A stretch of DNA of 64,000 nt, taken from Leptospira sp. Its GTDB lineage: Bacteria > Spirochaetota > Leptospiria > Leptospirales > Leptospiraceae. The DNA lies in the NCBI GenBank assembly GCA_034439575.1, contig JAWXAQ010000002.1, positions 1 to 64,000 on the forward strand, given 5' to 3'. Numbering within the stretch: the first letter of the stretch is position 1; each line of letters begins with the position of its first letter. Under the pieces are notes generated by a model. It was given only the letters and a program-made list of their open reading frames with translations. It had not been told where the DNA came from and searched no databases. Of the stretch, positions 63,202-64,000 are shown piece after piece. The translations under genes were made by a program, and so were the position numbers.

Positions 63202-64000
63202 TCAATAGCTTTTGCATTTTCTTGCAAATGTTTGAAATCTTTCTGGCATCTCAATCGAGATATCAATCGTTTTATCTGCAATAAAGGGATGTGGAAAACT
63301 CATTTCTTTAGCAAGTAACAACATTCCATATTGCGCATATTCTTTTGCTGACCTTGAATACAAGCTATCTCCCACCACAGGACATCCAATTTTTTGTAAG
63401 TGAACTCGTATTTGGTGAGTTCGACCTGTCTCTATTTGGACGGAAAGAAATGAAAATTTCCTACCAGTTTGTGTCTGGACAATTTGTTCGGTTTTGTAAT
63501 GTGTGATTGCATCTCGTCCATCTTCTCTCACACACATTTTGATGCGCTCTACAGGATGGCGACCAATGGGCATACGTATTGTGCCAAGAGCTTCAACCGG
63601 AGATTGTAATACCCAAGCATTGTACAACTTTTTCACTTTTCTTTCTTGGAACATTTTTGCGAGCATTGCGTGAGCACGGTCTGATTTCGCCACAAGGAGA
63701 ACACCTTCTGTCGGTTTGTCCAATCGGTGAACGATCCCTGGTCTTCGTTCCCCACCCACACTTGATAATTGTTTGAATTGATAGAGGAGACCATTGACGA
63801 GGGAAGGTTGGTCATCCCCAGGTCCACTATGGCAAGCGATCCCAGGTTTTTTATGGATTACCATAAATTCGTCTTCTTCATAGAGAATGGGAATGTCCAT
63901 CGGAATGGGTTCCAAGCGCGAAGCAGGTCTCGGCGGGATTTGAATGGAAAATTCTTCTCCTGGTGACACGCGATATCCATTCTTTTTGATGATTTCTGAA
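63202..64000 (-). CDS. RluA/RluD-family pseudouridine synthase, 5' end outside the window
   Basis: RPGIVHRLDK, TGRTHQIRVH, PVVGD; frame stays open to the window edge (SEIIKKNGYRVSPG). Confidence 0.92.
   Translation of the reverse strand, partial: SEIIKKNGYRVSPGEEFSIQIPPRPASRLEPIPMDIPILYEEDEFMVIHKKPGIACHSGPGDDQPSLVNGLLYQFKQLSSVGGERRPGIVHRLDKPTEGVLLVAKSDRAHAMLAKMFQERKVKKLYNAWVLQSPVEALGTIRMPIGRHPVERIKMCVREDGRDAITHYKTEQIVQTQTGRKFSFLSVQIETGRTHQIRVHLQKIGCPVVGDSLYSRSAKEYAQYGMLLLAKEMSFPHPFIADKTIDISIEMPERFQTFARKCKSY

Noticed and set aside
1-64000. rRNA, tRNA, IS/transposase, prophage, CRISPR-Cas or known defence systems
   Set aside because: No such motifs or arrays seen by eye; intergenic gaps are mostly too short. 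No covariance search was possible.

Overview
AT-rich bacterial chromosomal segment that looks like a Leptospira (probably a free-living species). The assignment is inferred from the spirochaetal lipoboxes, DUF1566/Ig-like surface lipoproteins, SUFU protein and gene content; no database was searched. Housekeeping genes include a GH31 glycosidase, an HtrA/Deg pair, icmF, gcvT-gcvH-gcvP, an Ada-like/AlkB-like pair, a MaoC pair, pstS, hpt, sixA and TerC. These alternate with large Ser/Thr/Cys-rich surface proteins. I saw no rRNA, tRNA, CRISPR array, transposase, integrase or phage gene. The strongest signals not shown by the ORF track are: (1) a lone integron-like gene cassette (25482-26217) carrying a methyltransferase, with a degenerate attC-like site whose GTT crossover falls on a neighbouring stop codon; (2) an unannotated 24-aa (AKKKA)n histone-H1-tail-like gene with its own RBS and terminator (32270-32344); (3) a probable voltage-sensor-only membrane protein; (4) a secreted tandem-Tudor protein paired with a TPR-transglutaminase; (5) several apparent pseudo-enzymes; (6) an A7 frameshift splitting a dead-protease gene; (7) a lipoprotein YihQ-like GH31 with an altered sulfonate-binding residue. 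All family calls come from motif recognition by eye.
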